This document shows positions 41,030-54,031 of a DNA stretch of 64,000 bases, piece by piece. The stretch is from Phoronis australis. Lineage: Eukaryota > Animalia > Phoronida. How positions within the stretch are numbered: position 1 is the stretch's first letter; each line of letters opens with the position of its first letter. The stretch lies in NCBI GenBank assembly GCA_002633005.1, contig NMRA01000206.1, forward strand, positions 142,092-206,091. Direction: 5' to 3'. The notes beneath the pieces are model-generated. The model was not told the DNA's origin. It ran no database searches and worked only from the letters and a program-made list of their open reading frames with translations. A program made the translations under genes and the position numbers.

Positions 41030-41652
41030 GTATTTTACGCGAATACATACATGTACATGTAGAGATTCGCGTCTCTTTAAACGCGAAACCTGTGGCCCCT
41101 TTTTAATTCTTATTTGGTAAGATAAGGAAAAGATGTTTATTTTGCTACGGTTCTTAATCTTTCTCCCTTGCTTCAGTACAAAATGAACACGATTCTTTTG
41201 TCTATAAATGTTTTCATAAAGTTTAGTTGCAAGAAACTGGCAACACCTTCTCCAAAGCCCTTATTCTGCCGGGTTTCGCTGTATATCATCGAACTAGAAT
41301 GGTTTTATTAACAGATACATGTATTGTTTTGTGTTGTTATTTTTTACATACTTAATTTACATGCATCTATTTATTTGAAATTCCAAATTAATGCCTAAGA
41401 GTTGAACATTTTTTACAAAAGTCGGTAGAATCGACTTTTTTCACATTCAACATACTGTACATTTCTTTCTAGCGAATATATATTACGATAACTGGATACC
41501 TTGAGCTCAGTTTTTCAGTTCACGTCCACTTCCACGTTTGCGTAAAAAAATTAGCTCTTGCGAAGCCCTTTCTTATTGCTGAAATGTGAATCGGCACGCA
41601 CAATTACGCATGTATCGTAATTCACTTTCACGATGCTTTGCGAAACCTCTCT
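41030..41652 (+). mobile_element. Partial same-orientation copy of the 3668-4788 family
   Basis: aaacctgtggccccttttttaattcttatttgg; gtgaatcggcacgc..gctttgcgaaacctctct|at. Confidence 0.75.
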
Positions 41653-44407
41653 ATTGGAACCTATTTGTACGATTGTTATATTACTAAAAAGTGGACTCTG
41701 GAGAATAACAATGTCCAAGATAGACAACGTTACTTTGAACACATGTTGCATAGTTGTCATTATCAATTTTCAAGAACGAAAAAAATATGATAATTCGTTT
41801 ATTCGGTTGTGCGACAAAAAGTGGGACATTTGTATACATGTAGTGCAGCGGGATGACGGAAAATCACAAAGGTGGCGCAGTCCACCCCGAGCGGAGCAAT
41901 TGACAAGCACAACGTAAGTTGTCAGCAGCACGTAGTACTGGATTGAGTTCTTTTACAAGCTAAACTTCTCATTTTTTATATAACAGTAAGGCCTTTTTCT
42001 TAGAAATCGAATTAACAAAACACGGCATCAGGGCAACGGTTAAACATTGTGCAAATGAATTATAATAGAGACAACTGAAAACAGTAATAATACACACACA
42101 AGGTCACGCACGCACGCACGCACGCACGCAAGCACCCACAAAAACTTAGCTAGAAAGTTATGAATAATTTTTCGTAAACCCACTTGTTTTAAGGGCCTAA
42201 ACTTTTCATTTAGGCCAAATTTTAACTTCTTTCCGTAAAATACTGTAACGTGATTTTAACACCCAAAATGTCTTGTTGAAAAACTCATGGCACGTAGTAC
42301 GATACATGTTGTTTGTCGAAAGCAGTTCTACTACTGGAGCTGAAAAGATTTCAGAGGTACAAACTACTCCCGGCACCCTCCCAGAGCAACAAATCAGTGC
42401 TTATAAAGAATGGCTGGTGTAATTGCAGGGTTTATTGACTAATTTTGCCGAGAAATCGTTGATTGTATGGTACAGTAGCTCAAGAATATCGCTTGGTGAC
42501 CAATAGTAACAAAATGAAAATAAAAGAATGACATTAGGCTTCATTTGATAACTATAACTCTCGATCTAATCTCAGTCCAGCTGGCAGCTGGAAATTGACT
42601 TATCGCAAGCTCCACCCCTATGCGAAAAGTCACGTGATACCCGACATTCGAACGAGATGTCAGAGGCATATACACTGTCCCTAAACAACGTTAATGGTGG
42701 AATCGATGAGTGTTTTTGCACTATTTGAAAACGCGTCGACAGAGACAAGAGGCGATGCTTTTCAACAGTGAATCGTATGTTCATGATATGGGAATTTGTA
42801 AAGGTGACGATGAAAAAATAAGTGCTCGAGTAGCCAGCAAATATCCGAAGAACCCCTCGGCCTCTGGGTTCACCTTCACCTGACAAATGACAAGGCCACT
42901 GATACGATATGTTCATGTAAAGCTGGGTATATACCTTAAAGTCGAATTATCTGTACGATACCATAGATTTCACGATCTTTTGAATAAAATCAGTGAAGAT
43001 TCACCGATATCTTTACTCTGTCGTCTGCTAAATTTCGCCAAATGAAAAGTAGGTCACAACTGGTAGGACTCCTGGAGTAAAGTAGGTCATAGATTACAGA
43101 CAACACATGCACTATAGTGTCTGACCATAGGTCGACTCGATAACGTTGTTTACGTTTTTCTAATCTTGTAACGAAATATTTTGATAACAAATTCAGGTTC
43201 ATAGCTCAGGTACACAATCATCTCGTCCTGGCCAAATAGTTAGCTCCGGTAGTTCTAGTGCTGTGTCTAAGTAAAATTAATGTCTGGAATTCAGTGGCGG
43301 ANATGAGCTCTCTCTAACTCTGAGTCTACAGACATAGTGTATACTAGAGGTACACGTCAAAAACAATTCAACAGTTTATTTTTAGTGACAACAGTTCGAC
43401 CAAGGCTTTGAATTCCGGCAGTAATCCAGTGTGCTTCCCTGTGCCGATCTAATCTCTGAATTTTGACCGGGAGAGAAGTTCAGTTGAACGCCAGCCTACG
43501 GTTTATGAATAACAAAAATGTACCTCTGATACGAAAAAAAATAATGTCCATTAGGTTGAAATAAATAAAAAAATTAAAACAAAAATGTCCTTGAAAACTG
43601 TACAACAATTTCCGGGTACTACCGCTAGAGTGCTGAGATCCAGCAAGTGCCGAGACAAAGGCGGCCAGAAGCAGGAAACTCGGGAAACAAAATCTGAGAT
43701 AGCCCTGCACCACAGCCACCAAGCTGAAAAGTGCGTATCTTGGAACTAATATGTTTGTGTTTATTATAGCCTTCGAGTTATCAAGCAACATCGCTAAGTT
43801 CAGCTGCTCGTGTGGCCGTACAGTTTGATCCATAGTTTACGCTTTTCAACATCATTTTTCGGCTTAGGACATGCCAAAAAATGACGGGATATTATTCTGG
43901 AGCAGCATAACGCCTGTCGGTGCTACACACACCATATCAAAACCGTTTCTCTATTCTTAGCGGACAATTTCTTGAGCTATAGACTAAAGTAAGTTTAACT
44001 CAACTACGTGTGGTTTGTCGGGTAAAATGGCGGCTTGGAAACGCAGACGAAGGTGCGCCAAGAATGCTGCGTTCTGATTGGTCAATTAAGCCGCCCATCA
44101 TAATCCTGGCGATAGGTCAATTCTCTATGCAAACTCTCGCGGCTAGCCTCGGGGTCGCAAGGTCTAAATTGGTCACGTGCAGGAGTTGGCATACCAGGGC
44201 TAGAGCTCTATGGTTTAATGGTTTAACGTGTAAGCAAGACAAAACTGAGATGTGATATAGTATCGTTTTGTCTCATAGTTGTAAACAATAATTTAAATAT
44301 TAGTTGTTATTCTTTTGTGTTATGCGGTATCAATCATGTTGGGCATTCGTCTGCGTAATTTTTAATGTGTTTCTTTTAATGCGTGTTCTGTGCTTTTTCT
44401 GTTTTAG

Positions 44408-44779
44408 GGGCTAGTACTAAAGCTGGCCGTTGTCCTATTGTGGACTATATACATGTACAGGTTGAGGTTGGAATAGTCTGCTTCGATAAGTGTTTCACCG
44501 ATCAGGATTTCCGTGGAAAAAAGTGTTGTCATGGTCCTTGTGGCAACACATGTCTGTCGCCTTTTGACAGTTGGCGCAAATACCTTAACATATGTCCACC
44601 GTCGTGGACGGCACATGAGGAACTTTACTGCGGCGAAGCCTGCTTCCTTGAAAGTGAATGTGGATATGGCGAAAAGGTGTTGTTCCAACGGCTGTGGAAA
44701 TCAGTGTATGGAAATGCCGACTATGTTGAACCTGCGTCCGAGCATCCGCCATGTACTTGATAATATGGCCGCTAAGTGA
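44408..44779 (+). pseudogene. Exon encoding two WAP (four-disulfide core) domains, disabled
   Basis: Acceptor ttctgttttag|; KAGRCP..CFDKCFTDQDF(C lost)RGKKCCHGPCGNTC, then ICPP..CGEACFLESECGYGE / frameshift ~44675 / KRCCSNGCGNQC. Confidence 0.8.
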
Positions 44780-45982
44780 ATGCCGGTGGCAAACTTGCGC
44801 CAATCATTTCGGTGTGTCCCATGTGCCTGAAGAAACCTTTGCAAACGTACCTACTGTACTTTTTAATTGAGTGTTGATCGAAGTGGCCCGTATTGATAAG
44901 CTAAATGTTGTTTCAAGCAGACGTTATGGTCTGCATATACAGCGTATGTACTTGTACAACATAAAACAAAGTTGAACATGGTTGATATTCCACGAATCAG
45001 ACAAAAAGTTGGAAACAAAAAGGTATTAATGAGCGAATGTAAGCAAAGCATATCCTACATGTATGTTGATGAGCAGCAGTTGCAGTGAGAAATGTCATCG
45101 TTTAACAAGTTTGACTTTTGATTTTATTACTCTAGATTTCAGTAAACTCCTGTAATTTTGATCCCATTTGTGTTTGATGTACAAATCTTACACCGAAGCT
45201 TCGGTGTAGTTAGAGAAACGTCTCTATACGAATTTCCTTGTGACGACTGTCTGTGTTGAAAATAGCAGTTATATTGTGTGCATCCTCTGACCTCGACAAA
45301 CTACCAAACGGGGTCGGCAAACCTCGACTGGTCGATGGAGCCACGCTGGACACTTCGTTTACACAACAGCTGTGAACTACTGATTAGACTAATCACCTCG
45401 CAGGGAGTTAGTACAGTGTATGCCTATTAAATATGCAACTTTGGTTTTGAAATTTTAATTTATATTGAGGTATAAACATGATAAGTTGTAGCAAACCTTC
45501 CGCGGGAACTTGGTTCAGAAAGTGGACGAAATGATCAATTATTTTTAGGTTTTCAAGTAGTCAGTTGAAGACTAAAACTGAGAAGTTTTTGGTTATGGGA
45601 AAATAAAAAACATTTGTCCTGCATGCACTCATGGTATCAAAATATTTCCTTAGAGAGGGTGTAATTCAAAGTTAGTCTCCAATTAGGTAGAAACATTTTG
45701 CTGATGATCGTTTCGTTTACGTGACAAACTCCTGTAGGGAGTCGTACAAGTAAAACGTGTATGCCACACTTATGCTGTGCAAAGTTGCTAAGTTTGTATA
45801 TTGCATTTCATTTATGTCCCATCTTCATTTTGTTTGCATACAGTATTCAACCTGGCGTGCACTATCCTAAACGTATCGCGGATTTGCAGCGACGCCATAT
45901 TGAAATTAGGTTAATATGGTGCATTGTGGGTGCTGTGGTCAGGATTCCGAAAGCGGCCATAGTAACAAGCATAATACGCGGT

Positions 45983-47200
45983 ATGAGCGCGAAGAAAACT
46001 TACGGCGGATACACTTGTTGTGTTCCTGGCTGCTTCAAAAACAACAAGAGAGATAAAAATCTGAGTTTTTATGTGTTCCCTGCAAACCAAGAACTTCGTG
46101 AAAAATGGATAAACAACATTAGGAGAGCTGGGAGTAAGGGGAAATTTAGCGCATTCAAAGCAACGCGGGGCCATCTAGTAGGCAACACGTAGCCCCTCGG
46201 TTGGCCATATAGGAGCTACAATACTTCCATTCACTTTCTGTATTCATTTCGTTACTTCAGTGTATTTTAAACTGGCCGTGACCGGATTTGGGATACCGAT
46301 TTCGAGTTTTCACCTCGTCAAAAGTACAATCTACAATTAAAACTTTAAAAAACACTTACTTTCATCATTGGTCCTTTCTACTTCTACACATATCTTTGAT
46401 GAAGCTTAGTTGTGAGAATTAAGTTGACTTTGGTGAAGAATTACAACTTCACTTTTTTGGTTGCCGTTAATTTTATCACCGCGTGCGCGATAACCACAAA
46501 GCATGTCAACTGAATCACGTGAGTTAGGCAAAGGTTAGCGCGAGACTGAGCGAAGCGCGTGACGCTAGCGCGCGACACTTGTAAACTAGCATGAGAAGGT
46601 ATCGGGTGAAACTTGTTAGATGTGTGTCCCTTGGACTTTTTATTCGTCAACATGCGTAATTTCACGTACAGTAAGTTCCTCAAAATGGCACCCGGTAACT
46701 GAGAGAAACTCGAGCAAACCGCGACAGATTATCATCGATTTGTTCAAGTTTTGCTGACTAAATTGTATCCAAAGTCGTGGTATGTGTTAATTATAACTCC
46801 GTGTCCCTATATGTATGGTTCATTTGATTTTATTTGCTGTATTTTGAAATGAGTAACTTTTTGTGAGGATGTACTATCGCCCCTGAATGCCTGCGGCATC
46901 CAGTGCGATGTAATTGCCTAGGGGCCATCGTGTGTGCAGCGAACATTTTCCTGGTGGAAAAAGACTTATGAGAACAACATTCGGACGGAGTTTCCTCTTA
47001 AATTAACGTCTCTAGCATATCCACGGCGAAAGCTACAAAAGTTAAGCAACCCAAGAACTCTCAACTTGTCTGAAACCGGAGGAGATTTCGAAATCAACGT
47101 CGATGAACATGACGACAGTCGTGCCCTCTGTCACACGGTCACTGATCATAGCTACGCTGTGTTTACAAACGAGAGAAAGGAATTGCTTGGTATTATAAAA
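45983..47200 (+). pseudogene. THAP domain (Harbinger/ISL2EU-type THAP-transposase N-terminus) interrupted by a 745-bp insertion
   Basis: MSAKKTYGGYTCCVPGC..FYVFPANQELREKWINNIRR..TRGH | RVCSEHFPGGK / KTYENNIRTEFP..DHSY (DHxY HCF-binding-like motif). Confidence 0.85.
46176..46920. mobile_element. 745-bp insertion with 9-bp TSD GGGGCCATC and TAG...CTA termini (AcademH-like non-autonomous element)
   Basis: ggggccatc at 46167-46175 and 46921-46929; starts tag-taggcaa, ends ttgccta. Confidence 0.75.
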
Positions 47201-50200
47201 CAAAAAAATGAAACATGGTTTTTAGTTTGCAAATCACTCCAAATGCACAGAGTACCCAGCCTGCTCAAGGCGTGCCTGACCACAAGCTATCCCATGAGCC
47301 TTCGCGAAGGAAGTAACTCGCACATGCGCAATGCGTAATTCGTCTGCGCTGCAAATCCACTATACGACTGCAAGATACACGCGCGATTAAGGAGAGTTTT
47401 TTGGAACCTGCTAAAGTTGGTAGAATCATTCCAAAATCTCAAACTTTTGACCATAAATTTATAATAAAATCCAAAAAAATATTTGCGGGTCCCTTGGACT
47501 AAACCCACATTTGGATGTGGGAAATGCGACTTTGTTTCCGAATTGTGCTTCACTTTAAAGAAATCATCGGTAAAATAGTAGCAAACCGATTAATCAAATG
47601 TACGTATTAAAGTCATGTACTACAATTAGGTGGACGAAACAGTTATACCATTAGATCTATATGGAGAAATGAGTTATCATTCCGCAGCATCCGATTAAAC
47701 TTGCACCTATTGTCGTACTTCGAAACTAAAGAGGAGCTCTTCTTTGTCCTCTAGTAAGATTCAAATAGGTACTTTCGATAACCCCTCTCTGTGTCAGCAA
47801 CTTTTCACAGCTAACGCAGCTGGAAATTCTCTAAAGCCTGCGCATACGTGAACATCATAGAGAACATACATTATACATGTATAAAGCACCAAACGGTTCT
47901 TAAACGAGTACCTTCATGCGCGTTGAAATATGTCTAATCAACGCGTAGTTTAGCTTAATCAACGCGTACTTTCACGTAACTAACGTGTACTTTTAGTCAG
48001 TTCATGTAGTCTAATCACACCGTTGCTCTCAAATCTCAAAATGGCGGAGAACTTCGTACATGGGTGCACAAGCGTCTTCAGCTTCTGATCGTCCCTCACG
48101 TTTTCAGAGGTGAAAGTAGATCCGCCAACACATTGCATTTTTCAGGTTTTCGCAAAAAATAAATAGTCCGACGCAAAGGATTATTTTCTTTCAAACACGC
48201 CTTTTGATATGGAATTGGAAGATTCAACAAAATCTATACAAAACATCGTGGATAGCTAAGACTGAACTTCTGAACCCCGAGTCTAATCGTTTTATTCGGT
48301 ATCGAATTTGTTTGAGACATTCTCCTCCTTTAAAAGCAACCCCAGATAATATTTATTGTTCTGTGTTCAAGTACATCATTGACATCCCATACGCTTTTGG
48401 TGACACCTAAATTCGAGCTGCAAACTTGAGATTTTGAGTTGGCCTAAAATCTAAAGATTTTGATTTCAAACTCGGTGCTTTAATGCAGGCCAGTGGGGTC
48501 ATCAAGTGCAAAACAAGGTTATACAGTACGTCATCCACGTGAACCATGATATACTCGTGTACATGTACAGCATAGCAGACACTTAAGTTGAATTTGTACT
48601 AAAGTTTAGTAGAAAATGTATAAAATAGTTTCTATTTCAAGTAAAAATATTCGACTCCGGGTCCAGGGTTTATTGATTCAAATGACTAATAAGACTTAAA
48701 ACTGAATCTTGTTCCACGTCACAACGAGCACATCATAACTTCGAAATAATTCATCAAAACATATCTGAGAAACGAGCAGTTTTTATAGGCCTACACTACG
48801 GTACCTTCGGGAACTACGTGTCTGCACTTTTGCTCCAGTTAGATTTGTTATAAATGTACATGTATTTCAGAAATAATTGTCTGGATCGCAAGACCAAACA
48901 TCTGGCTTAAAACGTAAGTCACTTAACGCTAAATAGACCCCAAAGCTGAACCAGCATCTTCGTATGGCATCGTGATGTGTGTCTGCAGTAATATAGAACT
49001 TCTATACAGCAGTGTAAAAATGATTCACAAAATATCGAAAAATGACACGTGTGAAGATTCTTTGGAACAATAGGAGAAACACGGGGCAATGTTCTCTAAA
49101 AATCCTTCGTGACATATAGGATAGATGTATTTCGCACGCACGATGCAGTAACCACTGTTACAAACATCTGCATGTACATGTACGTTCTCATCAATGCAGA
49201 CATACATGTAGGATGTTCGGTGACGAGACTGAGTGATTCGGTAACTGAGCTATTTCGTAACAGACACTATCATGTGGTAAAACAACAACTTCCACAAATT
49301 TCGGCTGCTTTTGGGAGTTTTAGTGGGTGTAAGCTCCAACCCCAATGGTTACTTCGTATTACATGTAGATACTGTTGAAGAAAGTACAGTGAAGTAAAAT
49401 GAAGGGAAGTTCGTTTTGTGACTTCTTTCACACTTCTTTCATCAAGACACAATAGTAGTGCGCACTTTACAATCACCTGGTCGTAGTCATCAGCCTTTTT
49501 TATCATCGACGAGCACTTTCCTCGTCCGGTCATCAGAAATACCTAAACGTGTCTTAAATCAGTGGTAACGCTTTTTGCTGCAAGCAATGTTTGTGGCACA
49601 AAGATGGCAGTCAACTATTGTGTGTTCAAGTACCTGTGACCTGCTTGGCTAGAAAGATCTTGGCTTAATTGCCATGATGTTAGAAGTGCCCTTTTATGAC
49701 GTCAAAACCGGAATGTGTAGTATTCCGTTTCGCACCTGTCTTTCCTTTGCATTAGTCACACAGTATATTCAAAGACTATCCAACAAGCTCATTGAGTAAT
49801 AGACAATAATGTCTAACTATGGGACAGTACATAAAAACAACACGATACCGCAGATATAATCAGCTCCACGGTAAACCTGTTAGTGGTAGCCGAACTTATC
49901 TTGCAATGTGAATCATATTTGTCCATTGCAATCTGTAAGGAGCTCGACTGTAAACCCGTCGTAAATTTTGCAGCCTCGATTCCACACTCTTCACGAACCA
50001 CGTCACCAAAGCACTTTACCATGTTGTTGGTCATGCTGAAAATAATCAACCCTTGCAAATCTAAATTATGTAATCAATAAAGTACACTGTTGTCGCTAAT
50101 GTAATCAACAAAGAGGAATGAAGCTAGTTTAATTCTAAGCCACCATGATTTTCAATGGACACCACGTTGTAATTAGGTTCAGTGCAAGAGTTATGATGCA

Positions 50201-50529
50201 TCGGCTTTCCTCACAGAACCCTATACACATCTGACTTTTCTGTGGTTTGAGCTGACGTTACTTCCCCAAACTTGCATGAAGCTAATCTCACTGAACAAAT
50301 TCCTCACTTTGTGGTTTTTTGTGTGTACACTGTTTTCAGAAATGTTGACAATTTTCGTCGAAATTTGTCTTTCTTCGTCAAACTGAACACGAAATCATTT
50401 GAAAATTGGTGAAATTTGTTGATTGGAAGTTTCAACCTACAACTCTCAGTTCCAACAAACGTACAGTGTAGGCAGTCTTGCCTTATTTGCTAATGTTGCG
50501 ACTTTCGACGGTCCGACAATAGAACATTT

Positions 50530-51694
50530 GCAGCCGATTTCATAAAGGTGGTTTAAAGTTAAACCTGATTTAAACTGGACTTAGGCCACGTTTAAAGATA
50601 ATCTGCATTTCATAAAGGTGGTTTAACTTTAGACCAGTGGTGTAGTGAAACCTGGTTTAACTCCAGTTTAGACCTGGTCTGATTCAGTTTTCATTTCACC
50701 AACGAGGTACATTGTATGTATTACTTAGACCTGTATCTATATCTTAAACCAGGTTTATCTTTAGACTTGTTCAGACCCAAGTTTAATAATACTAAATATG
50801 TCAGACTAGTGCGTTATAAGTGCAACTGAATGATGCTGTGGTGTGCACTTACGACGCAGTTTTAGAGCGAGAATGGACTATTTTTCAATACTCAGTTTTA
50901 GGACGACACAAGATCAAACGTAACAGGGGGACCAAGAATTTTTAAGTGGGGGGGTCGGATCAAGGATTTTCAAAAGGAGGGTCTGGGTCAACAATTTGAA
51001 AACGATAGATTTGATATCACTAAAATCAAGGGAAAAAGGGGTCCGGACCCCTTGAACCCCTGGATCCGCCTATATGTAGACCAGTACGTATCGTCATCGT
51101 CACAAGCTCTAAGCGTATGATTAAAAAGGCATATAATGATTACTCTGACCGATTTCCATCTGAACTGGTCCCAATTTAAGTTTGCTGGGCAGGGGACCTG
51201 CCTCAGTGGCGGATTTAGAGGGGGTCAATAAGGGGGCCCTGGCCCCCTAAAATTCTCGTAGATTACATTTGCCCTTGAGGACTCTTATATTCGTGCTACA
51301 AACTTGAGTAAAAACTCGAAATTTCGAGTTCAAACTCGAACTTATTGCTTTAATATTGGGTTTACAAACTGTGAACTAAGGGCAATAAATTATCTACTTA
51401 AGTTATTTATACTCGAGCATATAATAATAGACAATTATCTTTAATTCTCCCAAAAATTGAGTAGAAATTGCCAAACCGAATTTCGAGTTCCATTTCGATT
51501 AAAAAGATTGGAGACCGGGCCCTGGTTTTACTAAGCCCGCCTTATGCTCTAACTAAACCAGGCTTTCAGACTTTAAAACCATGTTGGTGAAATGCAATTT
51601 AGGTCTAAAATTTGACCAAGTTTAGGAAGACCAGGTTTAAGTCTTAAACCTGGTTTTGTTGGTTTTGTTAAACCACCTTTACGAAATCGGCTGC
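50530..51694. mobile_element. ~1.16-kb Harbinger-like MITE with palindromic AAACCTGGTTT-type subterminal repeats and nested MITE fragments
   Basis: gcagccgatttcataaaggtggtttaa vs ttaaaccacctttacgaaatcggctgc. Confidence 0.85.
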
Positions 51695-52865
51695 TAGTGG
51701 TTTCGTGGATAGGTGTACTAGGAAAATCGCCATTTCGTTCAATAACCTCGCCTACGGTATCAAGCCTTGCACGAAACAAAATTTGAAAAAGTAGTAAGAG
51801 GCCTTACGAACACTACCAGGCAAGTACCTGCGGTCCAGTAACAGGTGTGCGTTCCATGGAAATGAGAATCGAACGAAAACGCAAAAACACGCAAGTGTAC
51901 GCGACATTACGTCACGTATTACAAGCAAAACGCGTGATCACACTGGCTTCCTAAACTATACTCTTGCGTTTACGAAACGCCACCCAGGTTAACAAACACT
52001 ACTGTCGTTATTTTTACATGATACTGCGCTCTGATTGGCTGGAACATGTCATTTACAACTGGGAGAAAATGGTAAGATTCTGTGTCGTGTTGTTATGACA
52101 TGATACACTAAACAATCGTCATTAAAACACTTATCATAACCTCAATGCGTGGCGAATTAAGTCAGCGAATGTATCTAATAAGATATCTAAGCCTAACAGC
52201 ACCACGGTAGTAGATATGTACACTATACAACGTTGATGTTTCTGTTGTTTAATCGACTGTCTAATTAAGCATGCATTCAGGTTGTCTAAGCACGTGAAAG
52301 CCTCGTTTTAGAAGTCAGTGGTTACAAACTGTGTTCTTACCTACACAACTGGCTAATTTTCGTCGGTCTTGTGAGGAATGACATCTTAAGGTTTTGTAGA
52401 CTGTCCTTGTATATTTTTTTACATTTCATCAGCCCCGTTTTCACATTGCCTCCAACCATACAGGTAGAGTGTTTTAAGTATACTGTTAAGACAAAATCAA
52501 GTTACGTCTGTAGTAATTCACTACCAACAAGTTAGTAACGAAAGAATGGAGATTTTGCAACACTGAAACTGCATATCAGGTGTTCTTATACTTCTATTGC
52601 AATGCAGCGGAGTATTTCTTCTTGCCATCAGCTCCACCACCAACAACACAACCACCATCTTAGTTGCCGTCCTCGTAGGATTACAACCAACGAAGAAATG
52701 CGTTTTTCACGAAAATAAAATTAAAAACTTAACCGAGTGCCTTCTTAACAATCGGATTCAATGATGTGTAGGACATGCAGTATTTTCTCAAAATGTTGAC
52801 AGAATTACTTCTCACCGTAAATCGCCGACATCACTGTTTTAATCACGAAGTTACCGTGCATACAT

Positions 52866-52866
<1 letters not shown>

Positions 52867-52930
<64 letters not shown>
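52867..52930. repeat. (CA)n microsatellite
   Basis: About 32 units. Confidence 0.98.
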
Positions 52931-52931
<1 letters not shown>

Positions 52932-54031
52932 CAATTCACTTACATGTATATCCTTTGGTGCAAATGTAATAAGGTGTAGACAGGAATGTCGAAATGTACT
53001 GTTTCGTATCTTTGTTGCAACTAGGCAATAATGGTTTGATGCAACTTGCACTCACGTTATAGCGTCTGCAAAAATATTAATACGTGACATACAGATGAAA
53101 CTTCTGTCGTCTGACTGGCTAGAGCACAGTCCACTGAGTCCGTTTGCGGTGAGGTTACCCGGCTAGCCATAAAACATAAATTTTCTACTTTTCAAGTCAG
53201 CTACACGACAGATGTTGCGATTCGCGACAGAACTGGCCTGATATAAACTAGTCATATGACAATTTTACAGACAAAGGTATACTATTTCATTTGTAGACCG
53301 ATCCTGCGAGTGACAAAAAGTCTGGTCTGCACGCCACCTGTTGGACACATCAGGTGACCAGACTTGAAAAGATTTTGTGATCTGTATTTCCACGGCGGTT
53401 AAGATTTACAAATTTTGATCCTTCGAGTTTGCCAGGTTGTGTATACCTTGGGTGAGCAATCTTACTTCGGTGCTTACATGTACTGTATAACTTGATACTT
53501 ACCTCGTGTTCGGCCTATTGTTGTATAAAACGCTAAGTAACTACTGTAGTACATGTACCTACGTTTTCCAGGTCTACAAAGTATTGTGAGAATCATCACG
53601 TGTGCGTGAACTTTGCCCATGCGCATGCAAGCCTACATCTATTGGAGGCTGCTCTCAATTGTGAGTCTGGTATTTTTTAGAAAACCTCAATAGGAGGAAC
53701 GGTTCATTATTTTGAGTTAACCAGTACAGATGAGTTGTCGGATTTTCTTATTGAGTGCAAAATCAAGCGCAATTGATTGTCTCTAAACACTCCTTCCAAG
53801 AATGCAAGCACTAATTCTTGTGAACCGAAAAATATTCGACTGAATATGTATAGGAACATTTCATAAGGAACTTTTAATATAAGGAGTGTTTATTTTATTA
53901 CACAGTATGCTAATCCGGGATAAATTTCTCTTTGAATTCATACAAAGGAAAATTCGACAGTGGCGAGTAGTTGACAGGTAGTTTTTTGAAATTTAAAGAA
54001 AATGCTTTGAAATCAACACATGTTAAAATGT

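Larger units (their letters stand above)
49813..53557 (-). pseudogene. Cys-patterned secreted/GPI-like protein paralogue C (partly disabled)
   Basis: Signal-like exon ending at 53503 (g|gtaagt); decayed exon ~53238-53122 (GQFC..SC..NLTANGLSGLCS); clean exon 53065-52944 (RYNVSASCIKPLLPSC..YYICTKGYT); decayed 50329-50211 (KFGEVTS); clean terminal exon 50035-49813 (MVKCFGDVVREECGIEAA..HCKISSA + hydrophobic tail). Confidence 0.65.

Noticed and set aside
42572-43833. Minus-strand ORFs 42572-42916 and 43480-43833 as exons (one with a signal-like stretch)
   Set aside because: No recognisable domain and no phase-consistent exon chain could be built.
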